From IMG/VR virus record IMGVR_UViG_3300045825_000120, positions 1 through 37,428 of that record: 37,428 nucleotides of DNA. One strand, given 5' to 3'. Every line of letters starts with the position of its first letter. Positions within the stretch are counted from its first letter, which is position 1. Shown piece by piece: positions 25,222 through 35,084 of this stretch. Below the pieces are notes generated by a model. The model ran no database searches. It had not been told where the DNA came from and was given only the letters and a program-made list of their open reading frames with translations. The stretch comes from a virus (taxonomy: Duplodnaviria > Caudoviricetes). The position numbers and the translations under genes were made by a program.

Positions 25222-26964
25222 TTAACGACCTCCCAAACTTAAACCCATAGATTGAAGTCTACGTTCTACCTCTGCTTTAGATTGAGGGTTGCGCATGATT
25301 GTGTTTTTTGCATCACGTAAAACATCATCGTTTGATTTGTAGCCATAGTCCTCTAATGCTTTTGGCTTTGGCTTCTCATTGTTTAATGGCTCATTTAAAT
25401 AAGTTCCTGAGCGAATAGCCTTAGCTTTTTCCTCATTAAACTTTATACGGCTTGCAGCTGCTTCTTTAGCTCGCTCCATAATATCCTGACGCTGTGCTGG
25501 GGTTTTGTCTGGAGATGCTTGTATCTCTAACAATATCGTCCTTTCCCCCTCTGTCGGATTAGAGCCAAAAATAGCTTTCATGCTATCTAATGCCTGCCCT
25601 TTTAGCATGTTATCAAGTTTAACTGTTGCATTGGCAGATTTAGACTCAAAAGGTAAGTTGCTAACAAGAGTAGCCCTAGTATTAGCACCATAACCAGAGT
25701 AAGCATCATTATTTAACTTTAATGCTTCATTTAATGTGCTGATAACGGATTTTCCCGCCCTAGCTGAATCATCAGCTTTAAAAAGCTCTTCCATCATTGC
25801 AGGAGCTACATTTTTAGCATTAGCTTCAGCGGTTTTAACCAATGAAGTTTTGTATGCTTCAACTTCAGCCGCTTTACGTCCTTTTTGTTCCTCTGACTGC
25901 AATTGCACCCCAAAGCTAGGTGCGGATTGTGGTGCTGTGTTTGGTGCTAGTGATTGAGGGCGAGCACCGCCTACTCTTGCAAGTTCTCGATTAACACCTG
26001 CCAAGTTTTGCGTAAACATGTCACGCTCTTGAGGCGGTAAATTAGGGTTCTTTAATGCGTCCGTCCATTTGCGAATCTCTGATTCATATACATCAACTTG
26101 ACCTTGTTTTGCGTCAGGTGATAGCCATGATGCATTGTTTTGCACTGGTTGACGTGGCTGCATTGGTGCAGGTTGTTGTCCAGATGGCTGCCCTGTGAAT
26201 GGGTTGCCACCTTGTACAGCTTCAAGTAATTGAGATGTTGTGCCGATAACTGGTTGCCCGCCTGCGAGCGTTTTTTCTTGTAGAGAATATCCAGCCTTAG
26301 CAGCTTCAACCGCCCTAGTCTTATCGCCTTCAAACTTAGCTTGAGACTCAGCATAGCCTGGAGCAAAACCGTACACACCCTGTTGATTAGGCATCATACC
26401 TTCGCCAACTTTAGGCATAAATCGCTCTAAACCATTGTTTCTATCTTTATAAGTTGCGCCTTGTTCTAGCTTTTGCGGGTCATTTGCATATTTGTAAATA
26501 TCTGTTAAATCCAAGCCACCGAGCTTTAATCGTGCAACATCATCAGGCTTTAAGCTTCCTAATATGCTGCCTTGTTGCCTTTGTTGTGGTAATTGTGTTG
26601 GTGTTCCTTCAATTTGACCGCCACCAATTGTAGACATTCCACCCATAGGAAAAGATAATTCACCTACACTAGCATCATTACTTTTAAACTTACCACCACC
26701 AAAAACAGATTCAATCAATGCTTGTTGTCTTGCATCTTTAGTACCTGCTAATTTACGCGCTTCAATTTCAGACTGCAAATTATCCATTTGCGCCTGTTGC
26801 ATAGCTCGCTTCAACTGTGCATCTTTAGCCCCTGCCATCACTTGCGAGTAACCCTTTACACCACTAGCAAAGTCGCCATCAAGCAAGCCACCTGCTAATG
26901 CCATTACAGCGTTGCTTTTTGGGTCTTCCCAACCGTTACCAAAGAAGTCTAATAGTCCTGCCAT
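25222..26964 (-). CDS. DNA ejection / internal virion protein
   Basis: 580 aa; MAGLLD start; helical; GSNPTEGER motif. Confidence 0.7.
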   Translation of the reverse strand: MAGLLDFFGNGWEDPKSNAVMALAGGLLDGDFASGVKGYSQVMAGAKDAQLKRAMQQAQMDNLQSEIEARKLAGTKDARQQALIESVFGGGKFKSNDASVGELSFPMGGMSTIGGGQIEGTPTQLPQQRQQGSILGSLKPDDVARLKLGGLDLTDIYKYANDPQKLEQGATYKDRNNGLERFMPKVGEGMMPNQQGVYGFAPGYAESQAKFEGDKTRAVEAAKAGYSLQEKTLAGGQPVIGTTSQLLEAVQGGNPFTGQPSGQQPAPMQPRQPVQNNASWLSPDAKQGQVDVYESEIRKWTDALKNPNLPPQERDMFTQNLAGVNRELARVGGARPQSLAPNTAPQSAPSFGVQLQSEEQKGRKAAEVEAYKTSLVKTAEANAKNVAPAMMEELFKADDSARAGKSVISTLNEALKLNNDAYSGYGANTRATLVSNLPFESKSANATVKLDNMLKGQALDSMKAIFGSNPTEGERTILLEIQASPDKTPAQRQDIMERAKEAAASRIKFNEEKAKAIRSGTYLNEPLNNEKPKPKALEDYGYKSNDDVLRDAKNTIMRNPQSKAEVERRLQSMGLSLGGR

Positions 26965-26967
26965 GAT

Positions 26968-27660
26968 TTAGCCCAATCCTAGATTATTGCCAAACTGATA
27001 ACCAGCCATAGCGCCACCTAATGCACCCTGCAAACCGCCACCAACTTGTTGCCCTGCACTGCCTGGGTCACCTGATATTGTTGTGGTACTTGTACTACCG
27101 CCGCCGCTGTCTGTTGAACTTGTACCGTTTAAACTAGCGTAAGGGTTGATAAAATTTTGGTAAGTGTTCAATGCGTTGATTGGTGCGTTCATGTAGGATT
27201 GACCTAACTGAGTTTGACCTGCACCGATACCTAGGTTTCCAGTGTTACCAGTTCCGTACAGTTGTGCGCCTAGCGCCATGCCTGACTGGTCTTGTCCCCG
27301 TTGTTGCGTGTAGAAGTTTTGCATTTGACCTTGATTACCAAGATAAAAATTCTGGTCTTGACTTCTATTTTGCGTAAATGAGTTTAAATCATCACGATAG
27401 GCATTGGCATATAAACCCGCAATTGACGTATCTAAACCGACTTGCGCATTACCAGCCGCTACACCTTGAGCAATACCTTGACGCGAGCCGCCATATTGCC
27501 CCGCCATTTGCGCCCCTTGGTTAATCTGAGGCATGATATTCTGATTAAGATTTAAATTGCTCGAAGCCGTTAGCTTGTTTGCAAGATTATCAGTATATGG
27601 ATTTTGCCCAAAGTTGCCAGCACCAACGGGCAAAGCCAAATTGCTTGAGTAATTAGCCAT
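26968..27660 (-). CDS. DNA ejection (pilot-like) protein
   Basis: Q/G/N-rich; QYGGSRQGIAQG; TQQRGQDQ. Confidence 0.7.
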   Translation of the reverse strand: MANYSSNLALPVGAGNFGQNPYTDNLANKLTASSNLNLNQNIMPQINQGAQMAGQYGGSRQGIAQGVAAGNAQVGLDTSIAGLYANAYRDDLNSFTQNRSQDQNFYLGNQGQMQNFYTQQRGQDQSGMALGAQLYGTGNTGNLGIGAGQTQLGQSYMNAPINALNTYQNFINPYASLNGTSSTDSGGGSTSTTTISGDPGSAGQQVGGGLQGALGGAMAGYQFGNNLGLG

Positions 27661-28463
27661 TATTCACCTCCTCCACCATAACCACCGTAACCACCCCATG
27701 CGCCTGACGCGCTGTTGTAACCGTCATAACCACCAAAACCAGCTGTGCTTGTAGTTGGGACGTTCATTGAAGGATTGTAGTTTGGTGTATGTCCACCGCT
27801 AGGGCTACCATAACTTGCGTTATATCCGTGTGGTCTCCACATACCGCCTTCAACGTCCTCAACCCATACGCCACGCGGGTCTACAGCATTGTCGGATGAT
27901 GTTACTGCTGCGGGTTGGTCAAAGAACCCACCGCCTCCACCACCCCCACCGCCACCACCGCCATCGTAAGCAGGCATAGCCGCTGCAATAGGTGCTGCCA
28001 CTGGCATAACGAACGGGCTTGTTACGCTTGAGTTCGCATTAAATTCAGCGGGTTTATAAGTAAGTTGTTGTGGGGAAATACCACCACCGCCTGTAAATGG
28101 GTTGCCAGCAGTACCCCCACCCATTAAGCCCATGCCTAGGTTCTGCATTTGGTCAAAACCCTGTTTAGAAGCGCCTAATTGATTCCACTGGTTATTCATG
28201 CCAGTAATCATTTTATCGTTCAAGCCAGTACGGTTGTTGTTGTACCAATCTGTTGCCGTTGGAACAATACCACCAGCGCCGTAAATAGCCGCTTCCATGC
28301 GAGGATCTATTTTTTGCTGTGTAAATGAACTGCTACCGTGTGAGCTGTTGGTTGTTGATGTTTTAGGTGCAGTGGCTTCGGTCTTACCAACCGTCTTTTC
28401 TTGAGAGCCTAGCAAGCCGCCTAAAAGCGACATTCCTGCGGGTATGAATGATAAAAATGGCAT
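27660..28463 (-). CDS. Gly-rich ejection protein
   Basis: Hydrophobic N-terminus SLLGGLLG; poly-Gly run. Confidence 0.65.
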   Translation of the reverse strand: MPFLSFIPAGMSLLGGLLGSQEKTVGKTEATAPKTSTTNSSHGSSSFTQQKIDPRMEAAIYGAGGIVPTATDWYNNNRTGLNDKMITGMNNQWNQLGASKQGFDQMQNLGMGLMGGGTAGNPFTGGGGISPQQLTYKPAEFNANSSVTSPFVMPVAAPIAAAMPAYDGGGGGGGGGGGGFFDQPAAVTSSDNAVDPRGVWVEDVEGGMWRPHGYNASYGSPSGGHTPNYNPSMNVPTTSTAGFGGYDGYNSASGAWGGYGGYGGGGE

Positions 28464-28466
28464 AAC

Positions 28467-28766
28467 TTACTCCTTATCGTCTCTATCTTGATGGATACAA
28501 AACCATGCTGAATCTTCCAGCGCAGTGATTTGATGTTCTGTATGTTTTTCAACAATAATACAGTCACCAGCATCGTATACTCTCGAACTTTTAGGTGTAT
28601 CAACTCTAACCGAGCCGTAACCTAAAATTGATAAGTGTGAATAATCATGTATATGCTTGGTGATTTTATCACCTTTATTTAAAACATGCCGTTTTGCAGC
28701 TATGTTGTCAGCAAAAAAAAACTCAACTTGAAAGTATTCTTCTATAACTTGCTTGTCTGTAATCAT
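28467..28766 (-). CDS. RmlC-like cupin protein
   Basis: HIHDYSHLSILGYG...AGDCIIVEKHTEHQI. Confidence 0.75.
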   Translation of the reverse strand: MITDKQVIEEYFQVEFFFADNIAAKRHVLNKGDKITKHIHDYSHLSILGYGSVRVDTPKSSRVYDAGDCIIVEKHTEHQITALEDSAWFCIHQDRDDKE

Positions 28767-29830
28767 GGTAGTGTTTGTCCGTTGCGTTCAATTATAGATA
28801 GAAGCCCCTCATTGCCAGGGAATACGACGAAGTTAGAACTTCCAGCACCAGCACCGCGAGAGCCGCCGTCTAGGTAGCGAATTCCGGGAATGCCTTGTTT
28901 TTCTAAAAATGAGCTTGCTAATTCAGGTTTTCCTTGTGTAACAGCGGTATTCCTTTCAAGCGCTCTTAATATATCTTGACCTGTAGCGCCTTGGAAATTT
29001 GCCCCATATCCTGTTTTTAGTGATTGAAGTGCATCATATCCATTGTCATCAATCAAACTTCCAAGTGTTTTTTGAACATCTGGATGCTGCCCACTCAAAG
29101 GCTTATCCCAATCCAGCATCTTTGCAATGTGTTCGTCGGGTAGGTCTACTTTGTAGATTTGTGCTTGGTCTATGATTCTTTGAAGCTTTGCTTCTTCTGC
29201 AGGTATGCTTTTTAATGCGTACTCGTCACCAGCCGCTGCTTTTCTTTTTAAAGACTCTATAAGAGTATTTCTAGAATCAATCCCATCTTGCACCGAACCA
29301 TACTTAGCTCTCGGCATCATAGAGCTTGTATCTAGTCTAACAGGGCCACCATTTATATCTGTTAAGTTTTTTGCATAACTACCAGCCACTTCAGGCGATT
29401 CTGCCAAATACAAGCCATGCCCATAAGCCTGCGCACCTTCACCCGTTCCAATCTTAGAAGCGTCGAACTTGTCAAACTTATGCGGTGAACCATGCCACAC
29501 AACCGCACCTGTTTGCGGATTTAGCGTTCTAGGCGCTGCCATGTTTTCAGCACCTTGTAGCAAACCTTTAGCTATTTGTGCGGCTTTTGCCGCTGCCAGT
29601 ATTGGGGCTAATCCACCAACTGTTTCACCTAGTAAGCCAGCAAACTTGTTCTCAACATCTTTAGTTAGCCCTTTTTGCTTCATCCAGTCAGAGCCACCCA
29701 TAGGCGCGTCACCAACGGGAACACCAGCTTTTCTAAGCCCCCATGAAATCAAATCAACAGGTGCGCTCACATTAGAAGCCGCGCTGTTGCTCATACTTTG
29801 GATAAAATCTAATAATGCATTTTGTGCCAT
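28763..29830 (-). CDS. Protein with ART-PolyVal-like (ADP-ribosyltransferase-fold) domain
   Basis: VWHGSPHKFDKFD..KIGTGEGAQAYGHGLYLAES...GIPGIRYLD...NFVVF; likely start MAQNALL. Confidence 0.7.
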   Translation of the reverse strand: MAQNALLDFIQSMSNSAASNVSAPVDLISWGLRKAGVPVGDAPMGGSDWMKQKGLTKDVENKFAGLLGETVGGLAPILAAAKAAQIAKGLLQGAENMAAPRTLNPQTGAVVWHGSPHKFDKFDASKIGTGEGAQAYGHGLYLAESPEVAGSYAKNLTDINGGPVRLDTSSMMPRAKYGSVQDGIDSRNTLIESLKRKAAAGDEYALKSIPAEEAKLQRIIDQAQIYKVDLPDEHIAKMLDWDKPLSGQHPDVQKTLGSLIDDNGYDALQSLKTGYGANFQGATGQDILRALERNTAVTQGKPELASSFLEKQGIPGIRYLDGGSRGAGAGSSNFVVFPGNEGLLSIIERNGQTLP

Positions 29831-29832
29831 AT

Positions 29833-30096
29833 CTACCCTAGTAAATTCCACGCGCTCGAATGATAGCCATAGTACCCCTTACTTGCACCAAGTACCCCAG
29901 CCGCTGCGAACCTAATCATGCCGTCTCTAGGCTTAGATGGTGCGACTGTAATCATCTCTAAAAATCCGTCAGCATTGTTGTTCAAAGCTGTTTCAATGCC
30001 ATTTAATTCTGTAGCTAAAAATACAACCATAGCAGCGAAGTCAGTAGGTATTAAACCTACCGTGTATCGTTTTGTTGCTCCTGCAGTATTACGCAT
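29833..30096 (-). CDS. Small tail-associated protein
   Basis: 87 aa; PSKPRDGMIRFA...GYYGY..W; follows the nozzle gene. Confidence 0.6.
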   Translation of the reverse strand: MRNTAGATKRYTVGLIPTDFAAMVVFLATELNGIETALNNNADGFLEMITVAPSKPRDGMIRFAAAGVLGASKGYYGYHSSAWNLLG

Positions 30097-30110
30097 GGGT
30101 TAGTTCCATT

Positions 30111-31655
30111 TTACCAATTACCACTTTTTTGTACATCGAAATCATAGGAGTCCAACCGCCAATTAGTAGCCGTACCGCTTGAGAATTTGATAGCAATATA
30201 TCTACCAGTCACCATTGAGTCAATTGACACCGTGGAGTTAACATTAAATTGAACGGCTGTGTTATAGACTGGCTCTGCGTAAGGCGTATCTCCATAACCG
30301 ACTTGCACATTGATATATCCATTATCGCCATAGATTCTAGGCCTTACGCCCCTGATTAGCTTTTGAGACTCAGGTTCACCAAACGATAACCCTTTGCGCT
30401 CAATGTAAGAAGTAATAGCCGTACCAGCGTTTGTATAGCCGTTGTCCAGCATGTAGAGTTTTTGGCTATTACTTGCCATCACAGATAAGGTTCTGTTTAA
30501 TTGTGCGCTTGAACCGTCCCAAGGCGTGTTGTCGCTGTCCCATGTATCGGTATCGCTATCCCATGTTGAATTTGACGAATCATCTACCGCCCCATTATCC
30601 GCATGGTGTACGTTTGGCAAATCACGGAAACTCACTGTTTTATCAATGTAGTTCCAAACCATCGCCCGATTAGGTATCGTACTACCAACTACAGGGTAAC
30701 AGGCTAGAACCTCATTAAACAAGCGATTGACGAACACAAAACATCTATCTGCATAGTCGTTATTGATTTGTGTGAACAAGTCTCTGCGGGTTTGTTTGTC
30801 CAACACCGAAACCGCTGTTTGTCCATCATGAAGTATGCAGTCTGAGTTTGAAAATACAAAATGTTGCCCATTTATTTCAGCAACACAATTACGAGCTAAT
30901 GCACCTTGATTGGATATTATTTTTTGAAACTTGTAGACGAATATGCCGCCCGTATAGTCCATTCGCCATATTGACGACTGTTTGTAAATAATGAATGAAT
31001 CTCGCAAAGCAAAGCCATCAACGATACTATCGTAGCCTTGCGATAAATCATATTCTCCTGCGTCTTTTGTAGCGTCTGTAATATCCCATGTTGTCGGCAC
31101 AGTTCCAGCGTCCGCAGGATGTGACCACTTCACCATATAAGGATATTGCGTAGTCGCTTTTGTGATATTTAACGCGATTAAACTATTTTTATATGTTCGG
31201 ATTGACTTAGCGACATTGTTAGCAGGCCAGTTTGTTAACGCCGTAGCCTTACCAGTCAATAACCACATTTGAGGTGTGTCTACACCGTTGTTTAGTATGG
31301 GAATACCACCCAATACGGTACTTGTCCAATTGTTAGGGATAGCGTTGTAGTCAACATCAACACTCGCTGTTTGTCGAGTAATATTAGTATGAACTGCGCC
31401 ATTGGTTACCGTGTAAAGCTTTGCAGCACCAGCGTATATCCACGTTCTAACACCTGAAACTTCTACAGGTAAAACGTGATAAGGGATAACCGAAGGGCTT
31501 GGATATAAGTCTTTGTACCCTAACACTTGCGAAGCCATGCCATCAATAAACCTAATGTTTGATGCATTAGTCCAAACATTTATAGGTAATTCGTGAGTCG
31601 ATAGGTCACGATTTACACCGTATTGACCAGCAGCGGGGACTTTTACAAAACTCAT
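30111..31655 (-). CDS. Tail nozzle / head-closure beta-propeller protein
   Basis: 514 aa, beta-rich; VKWSHPAD..TW; follows the adaptor. Confidence 0.75.
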   Translation of the reverse strand: MSFVKVPAAGQYGVNRDLSTHELPINVWTNASNIRFIDGMASQVLGYKDLYPSPSVIPYHVLPVEVSGVRTWIYAGAAKLYTVTNGAVHTNITRQTASVDVDYNAIPNNWTSTVLGGIPILNNGVDTPQMWLLTGKATALTNWPANNVAKSIRTYKNSLIALNITKATTQYPYMVKWSHPADAGTVPTTWDITDATKDAGEYDLSQGYDSIVDGFALRDSFIIYKQSSIWRMDYTGGIFVYKFQKIISNQGALARNCVAEINGQHFVFSNSDCILHDGQTAVSVLDKQTRRDLFTQINNDYADRCFVFVNRLFNEVLACYPVVGSTIPNRAMVWNYIDKTVSFRDLPNVHHADNGAVDDSSNSTWDSDTDTWDSDNTPWDGSSAQLNRTLSVMASNSQKLYMLDNGYTNAGTAITSYIERKGLSFGEPESQKLIRGVRPRIYGDNGYINVQVGYGDTPYAEPVYNTAVQFNVNSTVSIDSMVTGRYIAIKFSSGTATNWRLDSYDFDVQKSGNW

Positions 31656-32248
31656 ACTAATGGTTGTTTGATTTTGATTTGTAGCCCACCAGTCATGGGA
31701 TAGATTTTGCGTTTTGAGAGGCTTCTAACCGACTCTACAAGTGATTGAACCATAGGGCTTAGTAATGCCATCAAATCACCATCTCGCGTCCATTTAGCAG
31801 CTTCTAGGCATGTTGCGTAGAGGTACAAGTCCGAAGCATTGAGCGATAGCCAATTTGTAGCCACTGAGTCAGACAATGGCGAAAGGTCAACCAGATAATA
31901 GAGCGTGTAATCAGCGTCAGCAACTACGGGAAAGATTCTCAGCTTATCGTTTTCGCGTGAATAACCTATAGGTGTAGAACCTACGTAGTTATCAGGTCTA
32001 TCAATGTAATCAAGGTTAATCTCTCGCCCATCTTTTGTGTAAGTCAGTCGAGACACCACGCCAAAGTCAGACGGTAAGGTTAGATAGTTGTTAACAGAGG
32101 TTAAAACTACAGACGTTTCCGTTTCGCGTAAATCTAACTCTCGGAACATCATAGACTCAGCTAACCCTATGAACGTAGGCCATGAAGCCGTTAAGTCCGT
32201 CCTATGCATGTAAGACTCAGCGCGGGTTTTTAGCTCTGTGTATGTCAT
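31652..32248 (-). CDS. Head-tail adaptor protein
   Basis: TYTELK...RTDLT..PTFIGLAE...LPSDF...NWL....DLYLY. Confidence 0.8.
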   Translation of the reverse strand: MTYTELKTRAESYMHRTDLTASWPTFIGLAESMMFRELDLRETETSVVLTSVNNYLTLPSDFGVVSRLTYTKDGREINLDYIDRPDNYVGSTPIGYSRENDKLRIFPVVADADYTLYYLVDLSPLSDSVATNWLSLNASDLYLYATCLEAAKWTRDGDLMALLSPMVQSLVESVRSLSKRKIYPMTGGLQIKIKQPLV

Positions 32249-32604
32249 TTTGAGAACCTAGCAGACGGGTTTGTGAAGTGCGGAGCATACGTGATAAATG
32301 CGGGGTTGTTACGTAGCCAATTCATTGTCGCTACGTCTCGCTCGGTGCGGTCTTTAATCGCTAGTAGTTGGTTCATTACCGCTAGTGGCAATTTACCCAC
32401 GACCTTACCCTCGCCCCATCGTTGACCCTCAGTTGCGCGTCTAGCCGCTTCTGCTTCTTTGAGTATAGGTTCAGCGTCAAACGTCAACTGCGTAACAACA
32501 TCGTCGCCGCCAAAGTGAACCTGCTTTCGCACACCATTAGCGTCATAGCCTTCGTCTACTGTAAAATTTTCAATAGGGTTCATAAATTTAGAGGGGCTTT
32601 TCAC
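32245..32604 (-). CDS. Protein downstream of capsid gene (start may be MNPIENF)
   Basis: ORF between capsid and adaptor; WLRNNP motif. Confidence 0.65.
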   Translation of the reverse strand: MKSPSKFMNPIENFTVDEGYDANGVRKQVHFGGDDVVTQLTFDAEPILKEAEAARRATEGQRWGEGKVVGKLPLAVMNQLLAIKDRTERDVATMNWLRNNPAFITYAPHFTNPSARFSK

Positions 32605-32634
32605 CCCATCGGCTCGGCTAGAGCTATTTAGTCA

Positions 32635-33600
32635 TTAAGGAGTCAAATCATCGATTTTCGATTGAGCAGTCGAAGAACGAACTGCCAAGCAAACGTCGAA
32701 TGTCGTAAACTCTTTTTCTGAGTCACCAGTTTTAGCCAATGCTTCGGTTTTGAAACCGTCCAATGTAGCCAACTCAATGTACTCAGTGTTCAACAAGTAA
32801 ACCTCGTTTGCACCTGACATTAAGTAGTGTGGCATTATCGAAATGGCTCCGAAATCGCTAACATATACATCAGCAGCCCCGACTACAGTCCCTTGTGACT
32901 TACCCTTAACCTCAAAGCGGTTTGTCGCAATACCTGTAAAGCCAGAGAAGGTTGCTTTGTGTGATGGTGACATTACTGCCATCTCAACGAATGCACCTGA
33001 GTTGGTGTAGATGTTTTGGCAAGCTGTTTTAAACAATGCCTCTGTGAATGCTCGGTTAGTACCAGCCGTAACACCTGTAGTTGGTGCGCCAGTTGTCCAT
33101 GATGCTGTCGCACCCGCACCGCCATGCAAAGCATTTGAGTACAACTGAACACCCAAGCCACCAGACTTGCCCGCAACCGAAGTAGTATCTGCAACCGCTG
33201 GATTACTAGACACAACCATTTTTTCAACGTCACGCTTCAACTCAAGCATGTTTTTAGCACGCAAGTATTTCAACTCAGCACCGCGTCCAGCTTTTTTGAC
33301 GATGTTAGCGCGACGAGATACGCCGTACACTTTACTAAAGATTTGCAAGTAGTTACCTACTCGGTCTGTAGCTACCTGTGCGGTCATTGTTGCGTCATCA
33401 CCGTCAATCATTGCATTGTCAGCATTAGCTGCACCCAATGCATCACGCTGCCATTCATGAAATGTAGATGTTGCAGTGGTGCGACCAAACGCGCTAGTCA
33501 AAGGCGTTTCGGTTGGTGAAGTGTTAAAGATTTTATCAATCAGGTCTTCTCGGTTACCCTTGAGTGAGCCTTTTTGATATAGATTTGATGGTACTGTCAT
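32635..33600 (-). CDS. Major capsid protein (DUF5309/SU10-like)
   Basis: NREDLIDKI.N.SPTETP...HEWQ.D.L...NYLQIF...ELKRDVE...YVSDFG. Confidence 0.9.
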   Translation of the reverse strand: MTVPSNLYQKGSLKGNREDLIDKIFNTSPTETPLTSAFGRTTATSTFHEWQRDALGAANADNAMIDGDDATMTAQVATDRVGNYLQIFSKVYGVSRRANIVKKAGRGAELKYLRAKNMLELKRDVEKMVVSSNPAVADTTSVAGKSGGLGVQLYSNALHGGAGATASWTTGAPTTGVTAGTNRAFTEALFKTACQNIYTNSGAFVEMAVMSPSHKATFSGFTGIATNRFEVKGKSQGTVVGAADVYVSDFGAISIMPHYLMSGANEVYLLNTEYIELATLDGFKTEALAKTGDSEKEFTTFDVCLAVRSSTAQSKIDDLTP

Positions 33601-33611
33601 GATAGTTTCCT

Positions 33612-34574
33612 TTAATTAAAATAAGCCGCTAAGTCGTTCAGCTTTGCACGACCAGATTTAAATCTAGCCTCTCGCGCTGCGTCAACTTTGTTCGACACTA
33701 ATTGTTTGTTTTGTAACCTAGGTGCATCTTTAGCCTTTTGCGTCACTTCTGGCGCTTTAGCTTTCAATGCTCGATAAGCTACTGCATCAGCCATCATCTT
33801 TACAAGTCGATGGTCTGTTACCGTGGCAAAATCCTTTGGCTCATAACCGTAGTTTTTCATCACGTTTTGGTAGATATTTTCTAGCTTAGGTTTGTCAATA
33901 TTCGCCTTTTCAAGCTCTTGCCAAGTCCTAGCTTTGATTTGTGAGAGTTGATTCTCTTGAGCTTGTTGTCGCTCTTGATTCGCACGTTGTCTCTCAGCTT
34001 GAGTTTGCTGCTCTAGCGTTCCGAGTATTTGTCGAATCTGATTCTGGCGTTGATTCTCAGCTACCCATGTTGCAGGGTCTTGCGCTGCTAATTGCGCCAT
34101 TTCAGCATCACTACGGAAACCCGCCATTTGCGCTATAGCTTGAGTAGCAAATTCAGCTCGCTGCAAATAGTTGTCACGTAATTCGCTGTGCTTTTGTTGA
34201 AAAACCTGTACAGCTTGATTTTCACGGTCTGCCAATGCTTGCGTTTTGCGCGTGTAATCGGCTTGTCGGTGATAACCTTTGACAAGTTCCTCTTCGGTGA
34301 CTTCTAGCTTTTGTTCCGAACCATCGTCACCTTTGATGGTTACTGGAATTTTACGCTCGGTTTTCGGCTTTTCCTCAGCTTCTGCCTCTTCCGATTCCTC
34401 GGCTTCGGCTTCGTCTGACTCTTCCGAATCGGCGTTTTCCTCGGAATCAGTGTCATCTTGGGTTGATTCTTCGGCAGTGCCTTCTTCCTCTGATTCCTCG
34501 ATGGGTTCGTCAGATAAAAAGTTGGCGAGTTCTGCTATACCGTCTGTATCGGGTGCTTGCGCTTGTCCGTCCAT
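33612..34574 (-). CDS. Scaffolding protein
   Basis: Very acidic N-terminus; EELVKGYHRQADYTRKTQALA; coiled coil; precedes capsid. Confidence 0.88.
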   Translation of the reverse strand: MDGQAQAPDTDGIAELANFLSDEPIEESEEEGTAEESTQDDTDSEENADSEESDEAEAEESEEAEAEEKPKTERKIPVTIKGDDGSEQKLEVTEEELVKGYHRQADYTRKTQALADRENQAVQVFQQKHSELRDNYLQRAEFATQAIAQMAGFRSDAEMAQLAAQDPATWVAENQRQNQIRQILGTLEQQTQAERQRANQERQQAQENQLSQIKARTWQELEKANIDKPKLENIYQNVMKNYGYEPKDFATVTDHRLVKMMADAVAYRALKAKAPEVTQKAKDAPRLQNKQLVSNKVDAAREARFKSGRAKLNDLAAYFN

Positions 34575-34629
34575 TAGTATTTTCCTTTGTGGTCATCTTT
34601 CCCCCTTTGACGCTAAGGGAAAGCAGGCG

Positions 34630-34641
34630 CGTCTCTCGACG
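34630..34641 (-). promoter_or_regulatory. GNRA hairpin CGTC-GAGA-GACG in scaffold leader
   Basis: Perfect stem, followed by a second stem CTTTCCCTT...GGGGGAAAG. Confidence 0.55.
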
Positions 34642-34661
34642 TTAGCCAAATGGGTAAGCGT

Positions 34662-34955
34662 CTACCCGATAACTCTGCGCAATAAATTCTTAGGCTCTCG
34701 CGCTTTCTCTAAATCTAACAGATTTTGTGCGAACTTTCCTCGCTCTATCAATCCGTTCAAGTTAGCTTCAAACAATGCCGCTACTTTTGACATTTGAAGC
34801 AACAACCGTTGCCCCTCTGCATCTCTAACGTCACATTGTCGCCAGTTAGCGTTAATCGCTTCGTGCATCTGCTTGATTGACTGTTGATAGGCGGCGTTTT
34901 CCAACACTATTGCAGCGTCTTTGCCTATTCTTGTTTGTTGTTCTAGTTCAGTCAT
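34662..34955 (-). CDS. Small head-module protein
   Basis: 97 aa, helical; just upstream of scaffold. Confidence 0.7.
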   Translation of the reverse strand: MTELEQQTRIGKDAAIVLENAAYQQSIKQMHEAINANWRQCDVRDAEGQRLLLQMSKVAALFEANLNGLIERGKFAQNLLDLEKAREPKNLLRRVIG

Positions 34956-34972
34956 TTCAACTTATGCAAGGA

Positions 34973-35074
34973 TTAGGATTTGCCTTGTTTGCGCTCGCTT
35001 GCTTTTTTAGCAGGTGTTTCACGCTTCTCATGACGTTTTTTGTCAGCGGGTGATTTGTATTTTTCAGTAGCCAT
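34973..35074 (-). CDS. 33-aa basic peptide (not in ORF track)
   Basis: MATEKYKSPADKKRHEKRETPAKKASERKQGKS; AAGGGA RBS. Confidence 0.55.
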   Translation of the reverse strand: MATEKYKSPADKKRHEKRETPAKKASERKQGKS

Positions 35075-35084
35075 TGAATTTCCC

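Noticed and set aside
27930-27965. CCN-type triplet repeat
   Set aside because: Simply encodes the poly-Gly linker with mixed codons
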